Below, one piece after another: positions 1 through 10,974 of a stretch of DNA of 57,763 bases. Numbering within the stretch: the stretch's first letter is position 1; the number at the start of each line of letters is the position of its first letter. The stretch lies in contig JBPOHW010000014.1 of assembly GCA_052035095.1 (NCBI GenBank), forward strand, positions 1-57,763, read 5' to 3'. The position numbers were made by a program, and so were the translations under genes. The stretch comes from Candidatus Moraniibacteriota bacterium. Lineage in GTDB: Bacteria; Patescibacteriota; Minisyncoccia; Moranbacterales; UBA1568. The notes beneath the pieces are model-generated. The model did not search any database. It was not told where the DNA came from and worked only from the letters and a program-made list of their open reading frames with translations.

Positions 1-471
1 GTCGAGGTAAAAGGCAACCCGACTTCGGGAACCTTCACTCCCTGCAACACCGTGACGACCACGAACTTCTCCCAGTCCACCTACAACAGTTACGGCGCGC
101 CCTTCGACGCTTTTCAAACGAGCACCAACCTCATCAATGCCACTTGTAGCAGTGCCGATCCGCACACCATCCAACTCACCTCCGGCGTCCCCGGCGACAC
201 CACCCGCATCGTCTACACCAAAGGCTACTACTATACCGGAAGTGCGTGGACCCAGTACTCCGGCACCTGCACAGGAGCCCTAAACGGCGACTGGTGCCAG
301 GGGAGTGTCTCCGCGACGATCACCGATCCCAATATTTCAACGGCAAGCGCGAGCGCACCGACGTACTTCGTCGGGATGACGTGCTCGGTGCAAGACGGCG
401 GGTGGAAGTGCGGGTGTCGGGATACGACGTGCAATAATTTCTATTGGCAGATACAGGGAGCAGGGATGTAG
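1..471 (+). CDS. C-terminal part of a secreted/surface Thr/Ser/Cys-rich protein (5'-truncated)
   Basis: Frame is open from base 1. It ends in a WKCGCRDxxCxxxxWQIQ motif that I associate with Parcubacteria surface proteins. Confidence 0.75.
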   Translation, partial: VEVKGNPTSGTFTPCNTVTTTNFSQSTYNSYGAPFDAFQTSTNLINATCSSADPHTIQLTSGVPGDTTRIVYTKGYYYTGSAWTQYSGTCTGALNGDWCQGSVSATITDPNISTASASAPTYFVGMTCSVQDGGWKCGCRDTTCNNFYWQIQGAGM

Positions 472-488
472 GAAATGCAAAATTCACC

Positions 489-536
489 ATGCCTACCTTG
501 CCTACCCTGCCTACCGGCAGGCAGGCGGCAGGCAGG
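489..536. repeat. Nested copies of the 20-bp palindrome CCTGCCTACCGGCAGGCAGG
   Basis: A full copy at 506-525 sits inside a split copy (498-505 plus 526-536). An extra left arm lies at 489-497. Confidence 0.85.
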
Positions 537-707
537 AAATACGCAATGCAAAATTGAGAGCCGAAGGCTGATTGCCGGTGGCTGAAAGCCGCGAAGCATC
601 AGGGTGCGGGAATGCACATCCGGGAACACCGTCTCGAACCAGGATTTTCTTGATTGTTTGATTGCCGTGATAAACCCGCACAATGCAGGTTTCAATATTG
701 GGTTTTT

Positions 708-1841
<1,134 letters not shown>

Positions 1842-1874
1842 CTATCCTACCAATCAAAGAACAGTCAAGAAATC

Positions 1875-3788
1875 TTATTTCCCTTTCACTTTGTAGCCGC
1901 TTGAGGGAATGGAGGTGTCCTCGCGCAGGTTCGTCGTCTTTTCGCGCGTCTCCGATCGAATGAGCGATTGCGTGAACACATCCGTCGCTTTCGCCGTCGA
2001 AACACCGAGGAGGGGTACCTCCATATCCACCTGATTCACTTCGGGTCGAATTGAAACCTGAAACGACACGCTTCGTTTCGGCGAGAGAAATCCCTCGCCA
2101 ACTCCCATACTCCCGACACTCCACACGATTTTGTTTGTTCGTTCGTTGTAGGCAAGCGTTTCCGAATCCGGAAAGGTCTTCCCGGTCCAGCGCGCGCCGG
2201 TCGGAAGATCCGCGGACACCTCCACCCCCGTCACGTCATTCGTCGTATTGGCAAGTTGCCAGCGAAGAGTATAGGTCGTCTCCTCTCCCACGGTAGGAGG
2301 GATCGGTCCCGTATTCGGAATATCTCCGTTTTGATAGCTCCCGAGGGTTTCAAGCAAGAGCCGCGAATTTACCTTGACCCACATCGTGTTCGTCGCGACA
2401 ATCTTGTTCGCGCCGGCGGGATTCGGCACGTCGGGACTCTCGATTTTTGCCGTCGTTTTCACGCGAAAGTTCTTTGCAATGGCGCTCTCCGGCACGAAAT
2501 CATCCCCGCGAACCGGCACGGAAAACTCCACCTTTCCCGAAGCGTTTGGCGCGAGATTGGCAAACTGCCCCACGTCCGACGCCTTCCATACAATACGTTT
2601 CCGAGCGCTATCGTAAGCACCCTTTTCCGGTCGAAGTCTTGAAAAATCAAGCGCGTCGCCTTCAAGCTCCACCGTCAAAATCACCTCTCGAAGCGCGGTC
2701 GGGCTATCATTTCGATACTGTATCTCATACCGAAGCGTATCGCCAGGATCAACGGCGGCGGGCGCCGCGCCATTTACCACCTGCCGAATACCAAACGGAG
2801 GGGCAACCACCCGTGTCGTCCGCTCAACATCGCTATAGGAAAGAAAGGTGTTGTCGCCCTGGAAGGTTCCGAGCTCGACCCGGAAAAGTTTCGTTTCATT
2901 GGGAATGCCATCCAAGATTCCCGTTATCCGAACTTTTCCCTTCTCTCCCGCGGAAAGCGTACCGAGATACCATACGGCGTCCCCTTCCGACGGTCTCGGG
3001 TCTCCTTCAATCAGCGAAAATCCCGAGGGGTAGCTCGCCTTGAGGCGCACGTTCGAGAGTGTCGCGTCGCTTGTGTTTTCATAATTCACGAGATAGGTCG
3101 CTTCTCCTTGCGGAGAAGTTGTGAGGGGCGCCTCCATCTCAACCGCGAGAGAGGCGGTCCGAAGGTTGACGCTCTTGTGACCCTTCGCCGAAAAACGGCT
3201 CTCGAGATTTCTCGGTTGATATCGAAGTTCGGCTCCAATATAGGCGAGGGTGTTTTTGGATCCGAAAAATTTTCCGGAAAACTCGAAGCTCCCTTCGCCA
3301 AAAGCGGGAACATCTCCGATTGCTACGACACTTGACGAAACATTGTCCTGAAAGGTTGCCTCATTCGCCTCCGGACGAAATCCCGAAGGATATGACACGA
3401 CCAGTTCCGCGTTCGAGAGGCCTGAACGATTCGCATTTCGATAGGAAATGATGAACGTCGTCAGATCGGATCCGCCGACATTGCTCGGTCCCGATACGGT
3501 AACCGTCACGCGATTTTCGGAAAAAAGCGATTGCTGAATACGGACGAATGTCCCAACTAAGAGCGCGAAAAAGGCTATCGCTCCGATTGCGATTGCCCCC
3601 TTTCGAAGTTCCTTCTTGTACCGCGTGAAGAAACGCGTCCGCGCGTCATGCCAATCGCTCGTCTCGGTCAATCGAATCTCGGCGCCCGCCGGCGCCCGAC
3701 CGGGATTGAACTCGCTCGACCCATGCGTCGCAAGAGGCTCCGTCTCATCGTGCTTGTGTAATTTTTCATCAAGTTCAGAAAGACTCAT
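1875..3788 (-). CDS. Single-pass membrane protein with repeated DUF11/Ig-like domains
   Basis: N-terminal TM helix followed by repeated 'T-Y-x-I-x-Y-x-N' beta-sandwich units. Start reassigned to the ATG at 3788. Confidence 0.8.
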   Translation of the reverse strand: MSLSELDEKLHKHDETEPLATHGSSEFNPGRAPAGAEIRLTETSDWHDARTRFFTRYKKELRKGAIAIGAIAFFALLVGTFVRIQQSLFSENRVTVTVSGPSNVGGSDLTTFIISYRNANRSGLSNAELVVSYPSGFRPEANEATFQDNVSSSVVAIGDVPAFGEGSFEFSGKFFGSKNTLAYIGAELRYQPRNLESRFSAKGHKSVNLRTASLAVEMEAPLTTSPQGEATYLVNYENTSDATLSNVRLKASYPSGFSLIEGDPRPSEGDAVWYLGTLSAGEKGKVRITGILDGIPNETKLFRVELGTFQGDNTFLSYSDVERTTRVVAPPFGIRQVVNGAAPAAVDPGDTLRYEIQYRNDSPTALREVILTVELEGDALDFSRLRPEKGAYDSARKRIVWKASDVGQFANLAPNASGKVEFSVPVRGDDFVPESAIAKNFRVKTTAKIESPDVPNPAGANKIVATNTMWVKVNSRLLLETLGSYQNGDIPNTGPIPPTVGEETTYTLRWQLANTTNDVTGVEVSADLPTGARWTGKTFPDSETLAYNERTNKIVWSVGSMGVGEGFLSPKRSVSFQVSIRPEVNQVDMEVPLLGVSTAKATDVFTQSLIRSETREKTTNLREDTSIPSSGYKVKGK

Positions 3789-3871
3789 ACAGTAGTAAGT
3801 AGTGAGTTGCAAAGCAAGTGTATCACGAATTTTCTTTTTTAAGAAGAAAAATAGAATCGGCAAGCGAGCAT

Positions 3872-3899
3872 AAAAAACCGCCCCGAAAAAATCGGGGCG
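3872..3899 (-). terminator. Intrinsic terminator
   Basis: CGCCCCGA-5nt-TCGGGGCG hairpin followed by a T6 tract on the minus strand. Confidence 0.7.
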
Positions 3900-3903
3900 A
3901 TCG

Positions 3904-4023
3904 TTGGCGCATCGGTTCCGCCCGCAGCCGCCTAAATCGTCAGAGACGAAGAGACGCAACCTTCGGGGACGTAAGGAGGGATAGTCCTCGAATGGTCACT
4001 GCGGACGGAGCCGATAGCGCCAA
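3904..4023. ncRNA. Unidentified structured element (23-bp closing stem with branched apex)
   Basis: 3904-3927 pairs with 3999-4023 almost continuously. Internal hairpins include C(UUCG)G. It abuts the terminator above. Confidence 0.45.
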
Positions 4024-4060
4024 GTAATACCAAATTACGCTGAAGACTTCTATCATGTGC

Positions 4061-4144
4061 GCCGAGACTGCAAAAAATAATTTTTCGAAAGTTTGCTCCG
4101 ATAGAGAGGAGCATGTGAGAAAAAATATTTCTTGCAGTCGAGGC
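4061..4144 (+). repeat. ~85-nt structured repeat family B, copy 1
   Basis: GCCGAGAC...GTCGAGGC termini with three internal hairpins. Homologous copies at 7982, 9192, 36717, 38839 and 53411. Confidence 0.9.
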
Positions 4145-4258
4145 AACTCACGCGGTAGCAGAGATGAGAATAAGCTGGTACAACAGGACGTTTTACAGTA
4201 GCAAAAAAAGAAACCTCCGTCAAGAGGAAGTCTCTTTTTCTGTCAGAAAAAAATAACA

Positions 4259-4918
4259 TTAGGATTCCTTTTTCTCTGAAGCGGGGGCGGGGGTTTCTTT
4301 TACGACGCCTTCAACCTTCGTCACATCGGCTTCCACCTTTGTATCGAGTTCGGCCATTTCGGCATCGCTTCGCGGCCGCTCAACGAGCGCCACTGTCGTT
4401 TCGGCATCACTTACCATTTGAACCCCCTCGGGAACAGCGATATCGGAAACGCGAATTTGATCGTCAAATGTCGCCAGTATGGAAATATCGACCGAAAACT
4501 CATGTGGAATATTCCCCGGCAGACACGACACTTCCACTTCATCAAGCGCCTTGATCAAGACCCCGCCCAAACCGCGCACGGCGGGTGAATCGCCCGTAAA
4601 GACAATCGGAACGCTCGCCTCAACCTTTTCGTCCATACGGACCTGATAGAAATCAATATGGAGAAAAGCTCCCGACAACGGATCCCGCTGGACTTCGTAA
4701 ATGAGCGTGTTGAGAGGTTTTCCCGTTGGAAGCGAGAGCTCGATAAGCGTGTTTTCTCCCGCCGCCCGATACGCGCGAGAAAATTCCAAAAACGGCACGG
4801 AAAGCGAACGAGACGGGACATTCTTCCCATAAAGCACCGCGGGGACGCGACCACTTTTTCGAGTGCTCGCTGATTTTTCCGTTCGAATTTCCGCCGACAA
4901 CTGTATTGGTGAGCTCAT
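4259..4918 (-). CDS. rplY: 50S ribosomal protein L25/Ctc
   Basis: Motifs GRVPAVLYGK, EVQRDP...HIDFY and VEASVPIVFTGDSPAV. Start at the ATG at 4918. Confidence 0.95.
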   Translation of the reverse strand: MSSPIQLSAEIRTEKSASTRKSGRVPAVLYGKNVPSRSLSVPFLEFSRAYRAAGENTLIELSLPTGKPLNTLIYEVQRDPLSGAFLHIDFYQVRMDEKVEASVPIVFTGDSPAVRGLGGVLIKALDEVEVSCLPGNIPHEFSVDISILATFDDQIRVSDIAVPEGVQMVSDAETTVALVERPRSDAEMAELDTKVEADVTKVEGVVKETPAPASEKKES

Positions 4919-4943
4919 ACGCAAAAACAAAAAACCGATTTAT

Positions 4944-5087
4944 TAGGACTTTCTCGCTTTGATGCAGTTTGAGGAAAAACCGAGTACCGAAATGAGGTGT
5001 ATACCATAATACTCCGAATGAGGAACGGAGGTTTTGACGAAGACCAGCCTACCGGCAGGCAGGAATGCGCAAAGTGAGGAAGTCCTA
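4944..5087 (+). repeat. ~130-nt structured repeat family A, copy 1 (carries a 20-bp palindrome insertion at 5044-5063)
   Basis: 18-bp terminal stem TAGGAC...GTCCTA and conserved core TTTGAGGA...GACGAAGA-AATGCG. Confidence 0.85.
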
Positions 5088-5420
5088 GATTTTTTCCAAA
5101 ATAGCCCTCGTTTTTCCCGCCTCTTCCTTGAAAAACATATAGGCGTCCAGCGCCTCATCGGTCGAAACGATATCCTTTTCTTTTCCCAAGAGCTTCTTTG
5201 ATTCCTCCCCTTCCAAGTCCGTGAGAACGCCGATGCTGGCAATTCCCCACTGATTCGTCGAAACAAACAAAATACTCGAAACACCGCACGATGGACACGA
5301 CACATGCATCGTCGAGTGAATATCGTCTTCGATGAGCGGCGTCACCACGGCGGGCGCGTATTTCTTATTGCACACCGGGCACTTCGCGAGCGATTTCAAA
5401 TTTCCAAGAGGGAGACTCAT
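5085..5420 (-). CDS. Conserved hypothetical protein with C4 zinc ribbon
   Basis: CPVC...CPSC pairs. Start set at MSLPLGN. Confidence 0.75.
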   Translation of the reverse strand: MSLPLGNLKSLAKCPVCNKKYAPAVVTPLIEDDIHSTMHVSCPSCGVSSILFVSTNQWGIASIGVLTDLEGEESKKLLGKEKDIVSTDEALDAYMFFKEEAGKTRAILEKI

Positions 5421-5574
5421 AGGGGAAGTATAGAGGAAAAGAACCGCAAAATCAAAGCCTCCTCGCTCAAACGAGCGTAGCACAGAAAACGAGAAAAGGT
5501 CAAGGAACGCCCTCCTTATAAGAGGAAACCGGCATCATTGCGACACCGGCTTAAAATGATAATATTCCCACACA

Positions 5575-5787
5575 TCAGCGACCATTTCTCCTTATCGCAC
5601 ATATCCAGGAGAACAGCATAGAAAAGGGATTTTCCCCTCCGGAAAACACTATGACAATATTTTCCAACAAGACACCTTGTCCAACTATTCCCTTCACACG
5701 TGCAATACCCAACTCATCATCAAGTGGAGTAAGGATATGCTCCCCTCCCGGCACCAAAAAACGCTCTCCTAAAGTCACCTTAGACAT
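5575..5787 (-). CDS. Small hypothetical protein
   Basis: 70-aa ORF with a GGAG RBS before the ATG. No recognised motif. Confidence 0.4.
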   Translation of the reverse strand: MSKVTLGERFLVPGGEHILTPLDDELGIARVKGIVGQGVLLENIVIVFSGGENPFSMLFSWICAIRRNGR

Positions 5788-5866
5788 TTTAGCTCTCCTG
5801 TGAAAAGCGCACGGTCGCGCTGAAACCAGAATACACCGAATAAAACCCTTGTCAATATCGAAAAGA

Positions 5867-7945
<2,079 letters not shown>

Positions 7946-7981
7946 CTAAAAAAAGTTACCTTGAAATCTTTTATCTTACTC

Positions 7982-8065
7982 GCCGAGACCAAGAAAAATT
8001 ATTTTTCTCGAGCTTGCTCCGATAGAGAGAAGCATGTGAGAAAAATAATTTTTCTTGGTCGAGGC
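7982..8065 (+). repeat. Repeat family B, copy 2
   Basis: GCCGAGACCAAG...CTTGGTCGAGGC with the same internal hairpins. Confidence 0.9.
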
Positions 8066-8114
8066 AGCTTCTCGGGAAACGAGAGTGTAAACAATAGCTA
8101 TACAATTCCGAACG

Positions 8115-8510
8115 TTAGTTCTTTTCTTCTTTCTTCTTTCGGAACTTCCGCAAAAAGAAGAGCTCAATCAAAAATAAAAATCCCCCAAGAAACACGGCGA
8201 CCCACCACGTCAACCAACCCGCCCGAAAAAAAAGCGCGACTCCGATCAGGAAGATCGCCAGAAAACCGCCTTGCCGCGTAGACGTCCCGAGACGCGCAAG
8301 CGCGCGCTCGCTTCCCAAAAATATCCTCCGGAAGAAAAGGATGCCGATCGAAGAAAGACCGAGAAACGACAAGAACGACGTCGCCAAAAATATCACCCAT
8401 TCAAACGCTCCCGCATCTTCCGGGCTCACAAAGAAAAGCACCATTCCCCACGAAAGAAGCGCGATACACGTACCGAGCGCAAACCAAAAAAGAACCGCTG
8501 ACCACTTCAT
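8115..8510 (-). CDS. Small multi-pass membrane protein
   Basis: Four hydrophobic segments and a basic C-terminus. Confidence 0.75.
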   Translation of the reverse strand: MKWSAVLFWFALGTCIALLSWGMVLFFVSPEDAGAFEWVIFLATSFLSFLGLSSIGILFFRRIFLGSERALARLGTSTRQGGFLAIFLIGVALFFRAGWLTWWVAVFLGGFLFLIELFFLRKFRKKKEEKN

Positions 8511-8591
8511 ATCGGCATACCGTTAAAGCCGGTTCCCCTTCAACCTCCAGCCTTCATTGTAGCCAAAAACCGAAGACAATGCAAATAGAGC

Positions 8592-9149
8592 CTATGCCCG
8601 GGACACGTAGGTGCCTCGATCGGTGTTCACGATGACGCGATCGCCTTCTTTGACAAAAAGTGGGGTGGTGACCTCGAGTCCGGTTTCAAGTTTCACCAGT
8701 TTGTCGCCGGACGAAACACTATCGCCCTTGATGCCGGGTGGCGCGTCTATAACCAGAAGCGTCACCTTGGGCGGCAGTTCGATGGTAAGCGGCGTCCCCT
8801 CAAATTGAAGCAAAATCACTTCCGTTCCCTCGACAAGGTACCGTTCGGCACCACCAAGCACCGCCGCCGAAAGCGAAATCTGATCATAGGACTCCATATC
8901 CATAAAGGCGTAAGAATCGCCTTCCCGATAGAGGTACTGCGCTTTGGACTTCATCACATCCGCTTCTTCAACCTTGTCCGCTCCCTGAAAGGTCCGCTCC
9001 AAAACCGCGCCGGTTCGAAGATTTTTGAGTTTCGTCCGCAACACCGCGCCCGCGCGCCCCGTTTTGGAATGCTCATGCGAGAGTACCGCGTACGGATCCC
9101 CCTCCAGCACGATTTTCTTCCCGGTTTTGATATCACTGATGGTCAGCAT
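8592..9149 (-). CDS. efp: Elongation factor P
   Basis: Motifs KLKNLRTG, QYLYREG, PGIKGDS and LFVKEGD..VNT..G.YVSR. Confidence 0.97.
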   Translation of the reverse strand: MLTISDIKTGKKIVLEGDPYAVLSHEHSKTGRAGAVLRTKLKNLRTGAVLERTFQGADKVEEADVMKSKAQYLYREGDSYAFMDMESYDQISLSAAVLGGAERYLVEGTEVILLQFEGTPLTIELPPKVTLLVIDAPPGIKGDSVSSGDKLVKLETGLEVTTPLFVKEGDRVIVNTDRGTYVSRA

Positions 9150-9191
9150 AACGCCTTATATCAAATTACACTAAGAGCTTCTCTAATACAC

Positions 9192-9228
9192 GCCGAGACT
9201 GCAGAAAATAATTTTTTGCAGTCGAGGC
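9192..9228 (+). repeat. Repeat family B, short copy 3 (outer stem only)
   Basis: Sequence GCCGAGACTGCAGAAAATAATTTTTTGCAGTCGAGGC. Confidence 0.85.
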
Positions 9229-9265
9229 AACCCGCAAGAGAGCAGAAGTGAGAATACATTTGGTA

Positions 9266-9475
9266 CTACTGAATAACGTACGGCACGAGCGCCATATACC
9301 GCGCGCGCTTGATAGCGACGGAGAGGTGTCGCTGTTCCATTGTCGTCAATCGGAACTTTTTCGGCGGATAGATTTTCCCCTGCGAGTTGAGAAATCGTCG
9401 AAGGAAATAGGCATCCTTGTAGTCCAGCGCCTCCAATTTCTTCCGCATCGCCTGTTCTTGTTCACTTGTTTGCAT
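9266..9475 (-). CDS. rpsR: 30S ribosomal protein S18
   Basis: Motifs LDYKD..FL.RF....GKI and QR....AIKRARYMALVPY. Follows rpsF-ssb. Confidence 0.95.
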   Translation of the reverse strand: MQTSEQEQAMRKKLEALDYKDAYFLRRFLNSQGKIYPPKKFRLTTMEQRHLSVAIKRARYMALVPYVIQ

Positions 9476-9517
9476 ATCGGTCAATGTTCAATGGTTAACT
9501 GTCAAATAGTAACTCTG

Positions 9518-10009
9518 TCAAAAAGGTACGTCTTCTATTTTTATTTCTTCCTTTTCATCGTCGAGATTGATCGTTGGAATATCCTCATCGGGAGATTTTG
9601 ACGCCACTTGCGGCGCGTTTGATCGCGACGAGGGCGCACTCCCATTCCCTTCTCTCGGATATCCGCCGCCACCTTGCCCCATGGGACGACTCCCCATTTG
9701 CATTTCCTCTCCGACAATTTCCGTCACCCGACGCTCGACACCGTCCTTTCCGGTATAGGTCCTCGTCTGAAGGCGTCCTTCGAAATACGCCTCTTGCCCC
9801 TTTGTCAAATACTGCGCGGCAATCTCGGCGAGCCGCCCCCAGAGAATGATCGTGTGAAACTCCGTCTTCTCCTGCTTCTGTCCACTCTTGTCACTCCATC
9901 GGTGACTCGTCGCCAATCCGATTGTCGCGACGGTTTGCCCCGAAGGGGTCGATCTCGTCTCGGGATCGCGCGTCAACCTCCCCACAAGGACTACTTTATT
10001 CACATTCAT
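9518..10009 (-). CDS. ssb: Single-stranded DNA-binding protein
   Basis: Motifs NKVVLVGRLTRDPE and EGRLQTR, with acidic tail IEDVPF. Confidence 0.97.
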   Translation of the reverse strand: MNVNKVVLVGRLTRDPETRSTPSGQTVATIGLATSHRWSDKSGQKQEKTEFHTIILWGRLAEIAAQYLTKGQEAYFEGRLQTRTYTGKDGVERRVTEIVGEEMQMGSRPMGQGGGGYPREGNGSAPSSRSNAPQVASKSPDEDIPTINLDDEKEEIKIEDVPF

Positions 10010-10034
10010 AAGCGATTGAGAATGCTTAACGATT

Positions 10035-10163
10035 TAGGACTTACGCGTTTGAGTGCAGTTCGAGGAAAATGCGAGGAACGGAGTAAGCTGTATGCGCCAT
10101 ACAGTGTCCCCGCCGAAGCGGGGGAGCATTTGACGAAGAAATGCGCCAAACGCGTAAGTCCTA
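10035..10163 (+). repeat. Repeat family A, copy 2
   Basis: Perfect 17-bp terminal stem TAGGACTTACGCGTTTG/CAAACGCGTAAGTCCTA plus the conserved core. Confidence 0.9.
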
Positions 10164-10189
10164 CGATTGATTTTTATATTTTTGCCGGA

Positions 10190-10681
10190 TTAAATATCAA
10201 GTACCTCGCCGAGCTTCTTGTCTATTTCCGTATCCGAGAGCGCGGGTTTTGTCGGGGCGGATTCCTGCGCCGCAACCGGCGAGGACGCCATCGGTCGCTG
10301 ACGATTCGCCGAGTATCTCCCCATTGGTTTCCGACGCGAATCAGCGGTTCGCTTTACTCGTTCTTGAGATTCTTCCAATGTCGGCAACCCCTTTGCATGA
10401 ACGATCAAAAATCGAAGCACGCCCTTGTTGAGCGAAAGCGTCTTCGTGACGGCGCCGGGAACATCCCGATCCGCCTCATCCGGAACACGAAAACGCTTCG
10501 CGGTATATACTCCGCGACGCTCGCCGGAAATCGCATACTCCATACGTCGCTCATCGACGAATTCGCCGGGAAGTATTTCTCCACCCGAAGCGACAACCGC
10601 ATCCTCGACGCTTTTTTTCACCGCCTCAAGCTCCGCCTTCTTCGACTCACCAACCAAAAACAGTATTTCGTATTCTGTCAT
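10190..10681 (-). CDS. rpsF: 30S ribosomal protein S6 with long C-terminal extension
   Basis: YEILFL N-terminus and RMEYAI...G.Y, VLRFLIV. First gene of rpsF-ssb-rpsR. Confidence 0.9.
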   Translation of the reverse strand: MTEYEILFLVGESKKAELEAVKKSVEDAVVASGGEILPGEFVDERRMEYAISGERRGVYTAKRFRVPDEADRDVPGAVTKTLSLNKGVLRFLIVHAKGLPTLEESQERVKRTADSRRKPMGRYSANRQRPMASSPVAAQESAPTKPALSDTEIDKKLGEVLDI

Positions 10682-10809
10682 AGTATCGCATTAAAAATCA
10701 AAAACCCGCAACGCAAAAAGGCGTTGCGGACCCAAAAGTTCCGCGCCCCGCCCATATCCCCGAAAAACTTCGAGGCGAGGCGGGAAAGGCCTTTTCCTGT
10801 TGTTCCCCC

Positions 10810-10839
10810 ACCCTATCACGCTCGCCGCGTCCGTGTCAA
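10810..10839 (-). promoter_or_regulatory. Putative sigma-70 promoter of the rpsF operon
   Basis: TTGACA-18nt-TAGGGT with a TG extension. Confidence 0.45.
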
Positions 10840-10875
10840 CCAAACTCACCAACCGAAGCAAAAGACGCTACGCTC

Positions 10876-10974
10876 CTAGTGTCACCTTACAAAAGTTCTG
10901 ACTCTCAAGAAAGGCTTTCTAGAAATATTTTTTGTACAAATGGGTAGGTCAAAATTAACGTAAGGCGACACTAG
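10876..10974. repeat. 99-bp CTAG-bounded inverted-repeat (MITE-like) element
   Basis: 15-bp terminal inverted repeats CTAGTGTC(A/G)CCTTAC with one mismatch. Confidence 0.6.

Noticed and set aside
3960-3990. GAGGGATAGTCC resembles the RNase P GAGGAAAGTCC motif
   Set aside because: The element closes after 120 nt and has no CR-V partner.
4085-4120. Hammerhead ribozyme in family B (CGAAA next to a stem)
   Set aside because: No CUGAUGA core on either strand.
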